From Rhodanobacteraceae bacterium (lineage in GTDB: Bacteria > Pseudomonadota > Gammaproteobacteria > Xanthomonadales > Rhodanobacteraceae), in the NCBI GenBank assembly GCA_016790075.1, contig JAEUPP010000061.1:8225-72224 (forward strand): a stretch of 64,000 nucleotides of DNA, written 5' to 3'. A model generated the notes under the pieces. It was not told where the DNA came from and did not search any database. It saw only the letters and a list, made by a program, of their open reading frames with translations. The position numbers and the translations under genes are program-made. This document shows, piece by piece, positions 22,813 through 31,977 of the stretch (position 1 is the stretch's first letter; each line of letters opens with the position of its first letter).

Positions 22813-23215
22813 TGCCGGACGCGCAGGCGCCTGGCTAATGCTGGGCGCACTGCTGGCCGGCTGCGCCGCAGACGCCGCGCGCCCTGGCAAGCCCGCTACC
22901 ACCTCGATCGAGGCGGCGACGACGCTGGCCGCACCGCCGACCGCGGTGCCACCGGACGCACTGCCGCCTGATTCGCTCCTGATCGTGATCAGCGCGCGCA
23001 ACGCGTACACGGTGCAGAATGCCACCACGACTTGCCAGGGCCTGCCCGCTCTGCTCCAGCCGTATCGCGAGCAAAATCTCGTCGTCGCCGGCCATGGTGG
23101 TTTTGCTGCGACCATCGCCGACGCACTTTGCATCGCAACCATCGCGAAAGCACGCGGCGGCAAAGCCTACCTGATGCACCCCGAAGGCTTGCGCACCATT
23201 GAAGTTGAAGACTGA
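22799..23215 (+). CDS. Hypothetical lipoprotein (start uncertain)
   Basis: Lipobox LLAGC; fills the accC-prmA gap. Confidence 0.6.
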   Translation: MHWVDAGRAGAWLMLGALLAGCAADAARPGKPATTSIEAATTLAAPPTAVPPDALPPDSLLIVISARNAYTVQNATTTCQGLPALLQPYREQNLVVAGHGGFAATIADALCIATIAKARGGKAYLMHPEGLRTIEVED

Positions 23216-23218
23216 CCC

Positions 23219-24109
23219 ATGGCCTGGATAGAACTCTCGCTGACCATCCACTCGGATCAACAAGAGCGGATCGAACTCGCACTCGAAGATCTGGGCGCCC
23301 TGTCGGTCACGCTGCTCGATGCCGAAGACCACCCGATCTTTGAGCCCGGCCCCGGCGAGACTCCCGTGTGGCCAACCATCAAGCTCGCCGCGCTGTTCGA
23401 TATCGCTGTCGATCGCCCCGGACTGGTGCACGCGTTAACCGATCTGGTGCCAGACATAGCCCCCGACCAGATCGGGTTCCGCGACGTCGCCGATGCGGAT
23501 TGGGTCCGCGCCTGGATGGATACGTTCCAGCCCATGCAATTCGGCCAACGGCTCTGGATCTATCCCTGGACCATAGACCCGCCACAGGAAGCTGATGACG
23601 CCGTCGTCGTGCGTCTGGATCCGGGCCTCGCCTTCGGCACTGGCACACATCCAACAACGGCGTTATGTCTGGAATGGCTGGACAGTCTGCCGTTGCAGGG
23701 TCTTGGCGTGCTCGACTACGGCTGCGGCTCCGGCGTGCTTGCCATCGCGGCGCTGAAGCTCGGCGCCGCACACGTAATCGGCGTGGACCTCGATCCCCAG
23801 GCACTCCAGGCAAGCCGGGACAATGCCGAACGCAACGGCGTAGCGAACCAGCTGGAACTTCAGCTTCCGCAGGACCATGCCCTCGCGCCGCAGGACGTAC
23901 TTGTCGCCAACATCCTGGCCGGGCCGCTAGCCGAGCTCGCCCCGCTGTTCGCTGGCGCGTGCAAGCCGGGAGCACCGTTCGCACTGTCCGGCATTCTGGC
24001 TGGACAGCAGGATGAACTGCTTGTGCGTTATGCCGAGTGGTTCGACGACCTTGCTGTCACCCAGCGCGAGGACTGGGTGCGGATCAGCGGCAAGCGCAGA
24101 ACGGACTGA
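23219..24109 (+). CDS. prmA: Ribosomal protein L11 methyltransferase
   Basis: LDPGLAFGTGTHPTT, VLDYGCGSGVLAI, VANILAGPL, ALSGIL. Confidence 0.97.
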   Translation: MAWIELSLTIHSDQQERIELALEDLGALSVTLLDAEDHPIFEPGPGETPVWPTIKLAALFDIAVDRPGLVHALTDLVPDIAPDQIGFRDVADADWVRAWMDTFQPMQFGQRLWIYPWTIDPPQEADDAVVVRLDPGLAFGTGTHPTTALCLEWLDSLPLQGLGVLDYGCGSGVLAIAALKLGAAHVIGVDLDPQALQASRDNAERNGVANQLELQLPQDHALAPQDVLVANILAGPLAELAPLFAGACKPGAPFALSGILAGQQDELLVRYAEWFDDLAVTQREDWVRISGKRRTD

Positions 24110-24202
24110 GGCCCCTGCCCGCTGCGTCAACCGGACAGCAGCCGCTTGAATCCGCGCGCGCGCAGCGCTCCAATTCCGCATCCCCTCCCGGCAGCCTTTC
24201 GC

Positions 24203-24994
24203 ATGTACACCCAGTGTCCCGAATGCGCGACGGTCTACAGCGCTGACGCCGCAACGATCGCACGCGGCCACGGCATGGTGCGCTGCAGTGACTGCGACGC
24301 ACTGTTCGATGCACTGCGTACGCTGGCCGAACACCTGCCGCCCGAACCGTTCGAGCGGCTGGACACCCATACACCGGATCCGGATCCGCCACGCCTTGGC
24401 GTGCCGGTCTACCGACCGAACCTGCCAGCCGTAACCTATACCTTCGATCCGGACGAGAAGCCGCGCCCCCGCGAATCGCGTCGCCATGCGACGCCGGCCT
24501 TCGCGCGCCATGCACGGCGCGGTGGCGGTCGACGCTGGCCCTGGGTAGTCGGAACCCTGCTATTGGCCCTGACCCTGACCGGCCAGCTCGCCTATGCCGA
24601 GCGTGATCAACTGCTGGACAGCGAACTCGTACGCCCCTGGCTCGACCGCGGCTGCGCGGCGCTGCGCTGCGAGCTGCCGCTGCGTCGTGCAACACAGCAA
24701 CTCGAACTATTGACACGCGACATACGCCCACATCCATCCGTAGCCGGAGCGCTTATCGTGTCGGCGACTGTACGCAACGCCGCTGAGTTCGCACAGGCGT
24801 ATCCGGTGGTAGAAATCACGCTGTCGGATCTCGACGAGAATCGTGTCGCCATGCGCCGCTTCCAGCCACCCGACTATCTCAGCGACACGCGCGTGATGGA
24901 ACGGGGACTTGCAGCTGGTGCAAGCGCGGCACTCGTTTTTGAAGTGCGCGATCCTGGCCGGAACGCTGTCGCGTTTGAATTCAAGTTTCTGTAG
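24203..24994 (+). CDS. Zinc-ribbon + DUF3426 domain membrane protein
   Basis: MYTQCPECAT...VRCSDC, one TM helix, C-terminal domain; conserved position after prmA. Confidence 0.88.
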   Translation: MYTQCPECATVYSADAATIARGHGMVRCSDCDALFDALRTLAEHLPPEPFERLDTHTPDPDPPRLGVPVYRPNLPAVTYTFDPDEKPRPRESRRHATPAFARHARRGGGRRWPWVVGTLLLALTLTGQLAYAERDQLLDSELVRPWLDRGCAALRCELPLRRATQQLELLTRDIRPHPSVAGALIVSATVRNAAEFAQAYPVVEITLSDLDENRVAMRRFQPPDYLSDTRVMERGLAAGASAALVFEVRDPGRNAVAFEFKFL

Positions 24995-25116
24995 GCGAAG
25001 CGGCGGCATGTGCTACGTCACGGGCACGATCTCTGCAGATTGCGACCCTGTGCACTTACCAACGCTTCGTCGGCGCGCTACCATCCCCGCCCCGTCGGTA
25101 TTCGCATCCGGCGGCC

Positions 25117-25425
25117 ATGGAAGAACAGACCAGGTTGCTCGCCGTGAATGCCGTTTCCCTACTGCGCCCAGAACAGACGCCCGACGCTACAGCGGCCCAA
25201 CCCGCGCTGCGCGAGTGCGTTGCGCGCGCCGTGCGTCGTTACCTCATCGACCTTGATACGCACCAGGCTGAAGGCCTGTTCGATTTCGTCATGCATGAAG
25301 TCGAGGCGCCGATGCTGCACGAGGTCATGTCGTGGTATGGCGGCAATCAGAGCAAGGCCGCATTGGCACTCGGCATCAACCGGGCCACGCTACGCAAGAA
25401 GCTGTCGCAGCACGGCCTGCTGTAA
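25117..25425 (+). CDS. fis: Fis-family DNA-binding protein
   Basis: EVEAPML...[22 protein letters not shown]. Confidence 0.9.
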   Translation: MEEQTRLLAVNAVSLLRPEQTPDATAAQPALRECVARAVRRYLIDLDTHQAEGLFDFVMHEVEAPMLHEVMSWYGGNQSKAALALGINRATLRKKLSQHGLL

Positions 25426-25523
25426 CGCTCTGGCGCGTTATGCGCCAGACGCATGAGCACAGCCCGGCGACGGCGGCCACAAGGCTATACTCCGCGGCTC
25501 TGCTTACTACCGGCGACCTTCTC

Positions 25524-27101
25524 ATGTTCAACGCCACGCTAGCGCCGATACGCCGCGCGCTGATCAGCGTTTCCGACAAGACCGGCCTGCTTGATCTCGC
25601 TCGCGGCCTCGACGCGCTTGGCGTAAGCCTGCTGTCCACCGGCGGTACCGCCCGCACGTTGCGCGACGCCGGCCTGCCCGTTACGGACGTCAGCAACATA
25701 ACGGGCTTCCCCGAAATCATGGACGGCCGCGTCAAGACCCTGCATCCGAAAATCCATGGCGGTCTGCTTGGCCGGCGCGGCATGGATGACGCCACGATGG
25801 CGCAACACGGCATCAGCCCCATCGACCTGCTTGTCGTCAATCTCTATCCGTTCGAGAAGGCGACGGCGCGGCTGGACTGCACATTTGACGAAGCCATCGA
25901 AAACATCGACATCGGCGGCCCTGCCATGCTGCGCGCAGCCGCGAAGAATCATGAATACGTTGCCGCTGTCACCGATCCCGGCGACTACGCCGAACTGCTG
26001 CAGTCGCTACACGCAAGCCAAGGCACGACCATCGAACTGCGCCGCCGCCTCGCGGCGAAAGCCTATGCACACACGGCGCGCTACGACGGCCTTATCGCGA
26101 ACTGGCTCGGCGTACGTACCGGTGAACGCGAAGACAACTACCCGCCTAGCCTGCATCTGAGCTACCGCCGCGCGCAGACACTGCGCTACGGCGAAAACCC
26201 GCATCAGTCCGCAGCCCTCTACGTCGAGCACGACCCGCCAGCCGGCATCGTGGCAACGGCCCGCGTACTCGCCGGCAAGGAGCTGTCCTTCAACAACATC
26301 GCCGATGCGGATGCCGCACTTGAATGCGTCAAGGCCTTCGGTAACGCACCGGCCTGCGTCATCGTCAAGCACGCGAACCCCTGTGGCGTAGCCCTGGGCG
26401 ATACGTCGACGCTCGCCTACGAACGCGCCTATGCCTGCGACCCTACTTCGGCCTTCGGCGGCATCATCGCGTTGAATCGTTCGCTCGACGTGGTCACGGC
26501 GCGCGCGATTCTCGAACGCCAGTTCGTCGAGGTCATTATTGCGCCTGAGGTCGACGAGGCTGCATTGGCGGTGTTCTCCAAGAAACCCAATGTACGCATC
26601 CTGGCCTCCGGCCATTGGTCGGACCAGACGGCATATACCACCGATCTCAAACGCATCGCCGGTGGTGTGCTGATGCAGGATGCCGATCGCGACACACTGC
26701 TGCTGTCGGATCTCCAGGTCGTGACCAAGCGTGTGCCGAACGCGGCGGAGCTGCACGACCTGCTGTTCGCATGGCATGTCGCCATGTATGTGAAGTCAAA
26801 CGCCATCGTTTACGCCAAGGACGGCCAGACCATTGGCATAGGGGCTGGCCAGATGAGCCGCGTCGTCAGCGCGCGCATTGCCGCCATGAAGGCAGCGGAA
26901 GTCGGCCTCGAAGTCCGCGGCAGTGTGATGGCATCCGACGCCTTCTTCCCGTTCCGCGACGGTGTCGATGCTGCGGCAAGCGCCGGCATCCGCGCCGTGA
27001 TCCAGCCTGGCGGTTCCGTACGCGACGAAGAAGTCATCGCTGCAGCCGACGAACATGACATGGCGATGGTGTTCACCGGCGTGCGCCATTTCCGGCATTA
27101 A
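25524..27101 (+). CDS. purH: Bifunctional AICAR transformylase/IMP cyclohydrolase
   Basis: [58 protein letters not shown]. Confidence 0.98.
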   Translation: MFNATLAPIRRALISVSDKTGLLDLARGLDALGVSLLSTGGTARTLRDAGLPVTDVSNITGFPEIMDGRVKTLHPKIHGGLLGRRGMDDATMAQHGISPIDLLVVNLYPFEKATARLDCTFDEAIENIDIGGPAMLRAAAKNHEYVAAVTDPGDYAELLQSLHASQGTTIELRRRLAAKAYAHTARYDGLIANWLGVRTGEREDNYPPSLHLSYRRAQTLRYGENPHQSAALYVEHDPPAGIVATARVLAGKELSFNNIADADAALECVKAFGNAPACVIVKHANPCGVALGDTSTLAYERAYACDPTSAFGGIIALNRSLDVVTARAILERQFVEVIIAPEVDEAALAVFSKKPNVRILASGHWSDQTAYTTDLKRIAGGVLMQDADRDTLLLSDLQVVTKRVPNAAELHDLLFAWHVAMYVKSNAIVYAKDGQTIGIGAGQMSRVVSARIAAMKAAEVGLEVRGSVMASDAFFPFRDGVDAAASAGIRAVIQPGGSVRDEEVIAAADEHDMAMVFTGVRHFRH

Positions 27102-27125
27102 GAAAACCCAGAGTTACAGCAGCAA

Positions 27126-27155
27126 CCCCGTGACGGGCGAACACCCGTCACGGGG
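27126..27155. terminator. 12-bp hairpin between convergent purH and DUF2782 genes
   Basis: CCCCGTGACGGG-cgaaca-CCCGTCACGGGG. Confidence 0.7.
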
Positions 27156-27165
27156 CGCCATTGCT

Positions 27166-27570
27166 TCAATTCCACTCGTATAACTTGTAGTACACCGGCG
27201 CAGCCGGGCCTTCCTTCGGATTGCGCTCGAGCCTGCCGTCCCCGTCGGTGTCGATATAGGTCTGCGTAATGCCGCTCTTGCTGGTAATGCGGATCATGCT
27301 GACCCGGCCACTTGAACGGTACTCCTCGATGGTGTCATCGCCCTGCTTGCGGATTGCGACCTCCGGCTTGTCGGCGTTGCGCGCGTCGGCCTTGGCCTTG
27401 TCGAGATCAGATTGCGCCGGCTTGACCCCGGGATCATTCATGCCGGGCGGCGGCGCGTCGGTGAGGTCGGTGCGCTGCGGCGGCTTGTCCGCGGCGGGTT
27501 CGTCAGCCGCCGCCTGGACCGCAGCGATTCCAGCGGTCAACACAACGGCGAGTAGTGCTATGCGCTTCAT
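27166..27570 (-). CDS. DUF2782-family secreted protein
   Basis: Signal peptide MKRIALLAV...; IEEYRSSGRVSMIRIT; ends YKLYEWN; divergent from polA. Confidence 0.85.
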   Translation of the reverse strand: MKRIALLAVVLTAGIAAVQAAADEPAADKPPQRTDLTDAPPPGMNDPGVKPAQSDLDKAKADARNADKPEVAIRKQGDDTIEEYRSSGRVSMIRITSKSGITQTYIDTDGDGRLERNPKEGPAAPVYYKLYEWN

Positions 27571-27726
27571 ATTGGGCTCCGTGAATGGCTGTCGGCCAGC
27601 ATGCAGACAGCATAGCAAACGGGCCTGAACCGACCGACGGGCACTGACGCGCTGAGCACGCTTTGCTGTCCGCATTGAAAGCATGTTCACGCTGGGCCAA
27701 GCTCCGCGTCTGCAAGGGAGAACATC

Positions 27727-30474
27727 ATGCCGACTCTGGTGCTGATCGATGGGTCCAGCTATCTCTATCGCGCGTTTCATGCGTTGCCGCCGTTGAGCAA
27801 CGCAGCCGGTGAACCTACCGGTGCGCTGTTCGGCGTCGTCAATATGCTGCGTACGACACTCAAGGCCAAACCCGACTACGCCGCTTTCGTCTGCGATGCG
27901 TCGGGCCCGACATTTCGCGACGAGCTCTATCCCGCCTACAAGGCAAATCGACCGCCGATGCCCGACGAACTGCGTGCGCAGATCGAGCCCATGCTGGAGA
28001 TCGTCAGGGCACTGGGTTTTCCTATCCTGCGGGAAACCGGAGTCGAAGCCGACGATGTCATCGGTACGCTAGCGATTCAGGCCGCAGCACTCGGCATCGA
28101 GGTCATCGTCTCCACGGGCGACAAGGACATGGCCCAACTGGTCGGTCCGCACGTGACCCTGAGCAATACGATGACGAACACGACGCTCAACCCCGCCGGT
28201 GTATACGAAAAATTCGGCGTGCATCCAGCGCAGATCGTCGATTTTCTTGCGCTGATGGGGGATAGCGTCGACAACATTCCGGGAGTGGAGAAATGCGGAC
28301 CGAAAACCGCAGCGAAATGGCTGGCGGAATATCAGACGCTGGACAATCTGATGCAGAACGCCGGCAAGGTCAGCGGCAAGATCGGTGAAAACTTGCGTGC
28401 TGCGCTGCCGCAGCTACCGTTGTCGCGCCTGCTGGCGACCATCAAGACCGACGTCGCGCTGGCGCAAGGTCCTGCACAGCTGGCGCTGCGCGAGCGCGAT
28501 ACGGAAACACTGCGCGCGTTGTATACGCGTTACGGCTTCAATGCGGCACTCAAGGATCTGGACGGCGGCAGCGCGCTGGCGAGCGAAGAGCTGCGTGGCG
28601 CGAATGTACCTGCGCAGTTCCGCAAGCCGCCAGGCACTGACGCGTTGCTGGATCCGGCCCTGTCTGCGCCTGGCCAATACGACTGCATCACCGACATGCA
28701 GCAGTTCCAGCATTGGCTGCAGCGCCTGGAGCTGGCAGATATCGTCTCGTTCGATACGGAGACGACTTCGCTCGATCCGCTGCAGGCCGAAATCGTCGGT
28801 CTGTCGTTCGCCGTGCGGAGCGGCGAAGCAGCCTATGTGCCACTGAGGCACAACTACCCGGGCGCACCGACGCAACTCGACCGGGATACCGTACTCGGCG
28901 CCATGAAGCCGCTGCTTGAGGACGAGAACAAGCCCAAACTCGGCCAGCATGCCAAATACGACATCAACGTGCTGTCGCGCTACGGCATCACCGTGCGCGG
29001 CGTGAAGTTCGATTCCATGCTGGAGTCCTATGTCTGGAACTCGACAGCGACGCGCCACGACATGGACTCGCTCGCAAAACGGTATCTCGGCTACACGCCA
29101 ATTCCGTACGAGAACGTAGCCGGAAAGGGGGCCAAGCAGATTCCGTTCGGCCAGGTCGCGCTCGAACAGGCGACGAACTACGCGGCCGAAGACGCTGACG
29201 TTACCTTGCGCCTGCACCAGGTGCTCTGGAGCAAACTCGGCACCGAACCCAAGCTGCGTGAAGTTTATGAAGCGATAGAAGCACCACTGATTCCGGTACT
29301 TGCACGCATGGAACAGCGCGGCGTGCTTGTCGACATCCAGGCGCTGCGCCGGCAGAGCAACGAGCTTGCCAAACGCATGCACGAAATCCAGCAGCATGCC
29401 TACACCATCGCCGGACGCAGTTTCAGCCTCGACTCGCCCAAGCAACTGCAGGCCATCCTGTTCGACGAGCTGAAATTGCCTATTGTGGTGAAGACGCCGA
29501 CCGGGCAACCGTCGACCAACGAAGAGGCACTCGACGCCATTGCCGACCAGCACGAGCTGCCACGCCTGATCCTCGATTACCGCGGCCTGGCCAAGCTGCG
29601 CTCGACCTATACCGACAAGCTCGCCGACAACGTCAACCCGAATACCGGCCGCGTGCACACGAGTTACGGCCAGGCGATTGCCGCCACCGGGCGCTTGTCT
29701 TCGTCGGACCCCAACCTGCAGAACATCCCTATCCGCACCGAAGAGGGCCGACGCATCCGCCAGGCCTTTGTTGCACCGCCGGGATTTCGCATCCTCGCGG
29801 CCGACTACTCACAGATCGAACTGCGCATCATGGCGCACCTGTCGGGCGACGCAGGCCTGCTAAGCGCCTTCGTCAGCGGCCAGGACGTGCATCGCGCGAC
29901 CGCGGCCGAGGTTTTCGGCCTGCCTCCCGATCAGGTCGATGCCAACCAGCGCCGCGCCGCCAAGGCCATCAACTTCGGGCTGATGTATGGCATGGGTGCG
30001 TTCGGCCTGGCACGCCAGCTCGGCATTGCGCGCAACGAAGCCAACGACTACATCGCGCGGTATTTCGCGCGTTATCCCGGCGTGCGCCAGTTCATGGACG
30101 ATATCCGCGAACAGGCGCACCGGGACGGCTATGTCGAGACCGTGTTCGGACGGCGGCTTTATCTGGACGACATTCGCGCGCGCAATCCGAACCTGCGCGC
30201 AGGTGCCGAGCGTGCGGCGATCAACGCACCGATGCAGGGCACGGCCGCCGATATCATCAAGCGCGCGATGATCGCCGTCGACGCCTGGCTCGGAGACCGC
30301 ACGGACGCACGCATGTTGATGCAGGTGCATGACGAGCTGGTGCTGGAAGTGCGCGAGGAAGTAATAGACGAGGTCAGCACCGGCCTGCGCGGACGCATGA
30401 GCACCGCCGCGGAACTCGCCGTGCCGCTGGTCGTCGATATCGGCACCGGCGCGAACTGGGACGAAGCGCATTGA
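27727..30474 (+). CDS. polA: DNA polymerase I
   Basis: LIDGSSYLYRAFHA, DTETT, GRLSSSDPNLQNIP, ADYSQIELR, KAINFGLMYG, MQVHDELV. Confidence 0.99.
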   Translation: MPTLVLIDGSSYLYRAFHALPPLSNAAGEPTGALFGVVNMLRTTLKAKPDYAAFVCDASGPTFRDELYPAYKANRPPMPDELRAQIEPMLEIVRALGFPILRETGVEADDVIGTLAIQAAALGIEVIVSTGDKDMAQLVGPHVTLSNTMTNTTLNPAGVYEKFGVHPAQIVDFLALMGDSVDNIPGVEKCGPKTAAKWLAEYQTLDNLMQNAGKVSGKIGENLRAALPQLPLSRLLATIKTDVALAQGPAQLALRERDTETLRALYTRYGFNAALKDLDGGSALASEELRGANVPAQFRKPPGTDALLDPALSAPGQYDCITDMQQFQHWLQRLELADIVSFDTETTSLDPLQAEIVGLSFAVRSGEAAYVPLRHNYPGAPTQLDRDTVLGAMKPLLEDENKPKLGQHAKYDINVLSRYGITVRGVKFDSMLESYVWNSTATRHDMDSLAKRYLGYTPIPYENVAGKGAKQIPFGQVALEQATNYAAEDADVTLRLHQVLWSKLGTEPKLREVYEAIEAPLIPVLARMEQRGVLVDIQALRRQSNELAKRMHEIQQHAYTIAGRSFSLDSPKQLQAILFDELKLPIVVKTPTGQPSTNEEALDAIADQHELPRLILDYRGLAKLRSTYTDKLADNVNPNTGRVHTSYGQAIAATGRLSSSDPNLQNIPIRTEEGRRIRQAFVAPPGFRILAADYSQIELRIMAHLSGDAGLLSAFVSGQDVHRATAAEVFGLPPDQVDANQRRAAKAINFGLMYGMGAFGLARQLGIARNEANDYIARYFARYPGVRQFMDDIREQAHRDGYVETVFGRRLYLDDIRARNPNLRAGAERAAINAPMQGTAADIIKRAMIAVDAWLGDRTDARMLMQVHDELVLEVREEVIDEVSTGLRGRMSTAAELAVPLVVDIGTGANWDEAH

Positions 30475-30540
30475 GAAAACCTGCAATTCGTTGATTAAAA
30501 AGGCGATGAACGGTTTCTGAATCGATCTAGGCAAGGCTGC

Positions 30541-30564
30541 GAACCTTTCCTGCTCCAGCCCGTC
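30541..30564 (+). promoter_or_regulatory. Putative ECF-sigma promoter of sRNA copy 1
   Basis: GAAC-N16-CGTC; identical spacing in copy 2 (34285-34308). Confidence 0.5.
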
Positions 30565-30570
30565 TTAGCT

Positions 30571-30702
30571 ATCAGGTGCACGCAACGGCACCTGGTTCAT
30601 TCCCCTCCCTGGATGAGCCGCCGGAATCAGGTTCCTCCCCAGACCTGCTACCGTACCCCAGGCCCCGAAGGTCCTCCCCTGACCTTCGGGGCCTTTCTTT
30701 TT
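30571..30702 (+). ncRNA. Small RNA downstream of polA with three C-rich loops (sX13-like), copy 1
   Basis: Four hairpins; loops TCCCCTCCC, TCCTCCCC and CTCCCCT; last stem GGCCCCGAAGGTC/GACCTTCGGGGCC followed by a T-tract; position matches Xanthomonas sX13. Confidence 0.75.
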
Positions 30703-30860
30703 CGGGCTTGCGACAGCATTGCCCGGCTCCGCACGTGCCGCGGCCGGAAGGTTGGTTCGGACCGGCCCAAGCAGTGACGCTGACCGCGCTCCTGAGCTAT
30801 CGTCATCGCGCCCCGGCGCAGTCCGGTCCAGCGCGGAACCCGACACCCAGAGGAAGTGCC

Positions 30861-31139
30861 ATGCACGATGTCATCGAAGTTGACCTGGATCGGGTGCGGG
30901 CCATCATCACTGGACTCGAAGGTGATCGATTCTCAACCGCCGATGTCATTCGTGGATATTGCGGCGGTTTTTTTTCGAACGTGGCGACACCGGCCTACTA
31001 CTCGCTGAATGCGCAGTTTGGAAAGCTCCTGAGGCGCAACGCCGACTTCCTGCAGATAGCACACGATGAAGCGGATGTGCCGATTGCCGATGACCGCGAC
31101 CACAAGACCCGCTCATCATTCTGGCGGCGCAGAGCCTGA
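30861..31139 (+). CDS. Hypothetical protein (92 aa)
   Basis: AGAGGA RBS; MHDVIEVDLDRVRAIITGLEGDRFSTADVIRGY...NAQFGKLLRRN, helix-rich. Confidence 0.65.
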   Translation: MHDVIEVDLDRVRAIITGLEGDRFSTADVIRGYCGGFFSNVATPAYYSLNAQFGKLLRRNADFLQIAHDEADVPIADDRDHKTRSSFWRRRA

Positions 31140-31229
31140 CCCCGGGCTCGCCGCGGCAGCCTCCAGGCTGCCTCGTGCTGCCCGGACCTGTGCGTCAGAC
31201 TGCGGCTGCACACGTCAATAGGTTGCACC

Positions 31230-31784
31230 ATGCCATTCACCGGCACTCTTGACAGCTGGAACGACGACCGGGGCTTCGGCTTCATTGCTCCGGCGCATGG
31301 TGGCGTTCGAGTATTTGTCCACATCAGCGAATTTCCACGGAGCAGCACTCGCCCCCTCGTCGGAGAAAGGCTTGGCTACGAACTTGGACGCAGCGAGGAC
31401 GGAAGGCCGCGTGCCGTAAGGATTGTCCGCCTGACCGTCGACACGAAACGGCCCGTTAGCGCCTCTGTCACCAGATCGAAGAGAACCGGGCTCCCATGGC
31501 CGGGGATTCTTGTAGCCTTGATGCTCTTGGTCGCCCCCGGCCTCTTGATCTACGAGCACCTTGCTTCATTCTGGCGTCGCCAGTCACTTGCCGCCGAACC
31601 CGCCCCACTGGCCAGCCAGCGCATTCCCGCCCCACCTGCCGCGACATTTCAATGCGATGGAAGAACCCACTGCTCGCAGATGGCGTCCTGCGCGGAGGCA
31701 ACCTGGTTCATCAACAACTGCCCAGGCACCGCGATGGACGGTGATGGCGACGGTGTTCCCTGCGAGCGGCAGTGGTGCGAATAG
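31230..31784 (+). CDS. Cold-shock domain - TM - Excalibur calcium-binding domain protein
   Basis: WNDDRGFGFI...VFVHIS (RNP1/RNP2); TM ILVALMLLVAPGLL; CSQMASCAEA...MDGDGDGVPCE. Confidence 0.88.
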   Translation: MPFTGTLDSWNDDRGFGFIAPAHGGVRVFVHISEFPRSSTRPLVGERLGYELGRSEDGRPRAVRIVRLTVDTKRPVSASVTRSKRTGLPWPGILVALMLLVAPGLLIYEHLASFWRRQSLAAEPAPLASQRIPAPPAATFQCDGRTHCSQMASCAEATWFINNCPGTAMDGDGDGVPCERQWCE

Positions 31785-31804
31785 CCTGGGCGCCAGCGCC
31801 CAGG
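31785..31804. terminator. Hairpin after the CSD-Excalibur gene
   Basis: CCTGGGCGC-ca-GCGCCCAGG; no clear T-tract. Confidence 0.4.
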
Positions 31805-31977
31805 ACCGGTCCGATGGACCATCTTGCCCACCAGTCCCGGAAGCGGCACCAGGCGACGGGGCGGCGGTTGAAATTCCTCCCAGTCGAGGCGGCGCGAAAT
31901 GGCCCGGACGACCCGAAGGGGATGGCCCATCGCATGAAACGCGTCCTGGTCAAATTTGCAGGAAACCTCCAGCGAGG

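Noticed and set aside
25117-27101. fis without dusB and purH without an adjacent purD
   Set aside because: Ordinary gene-order variation; the genes may lie elsewhere
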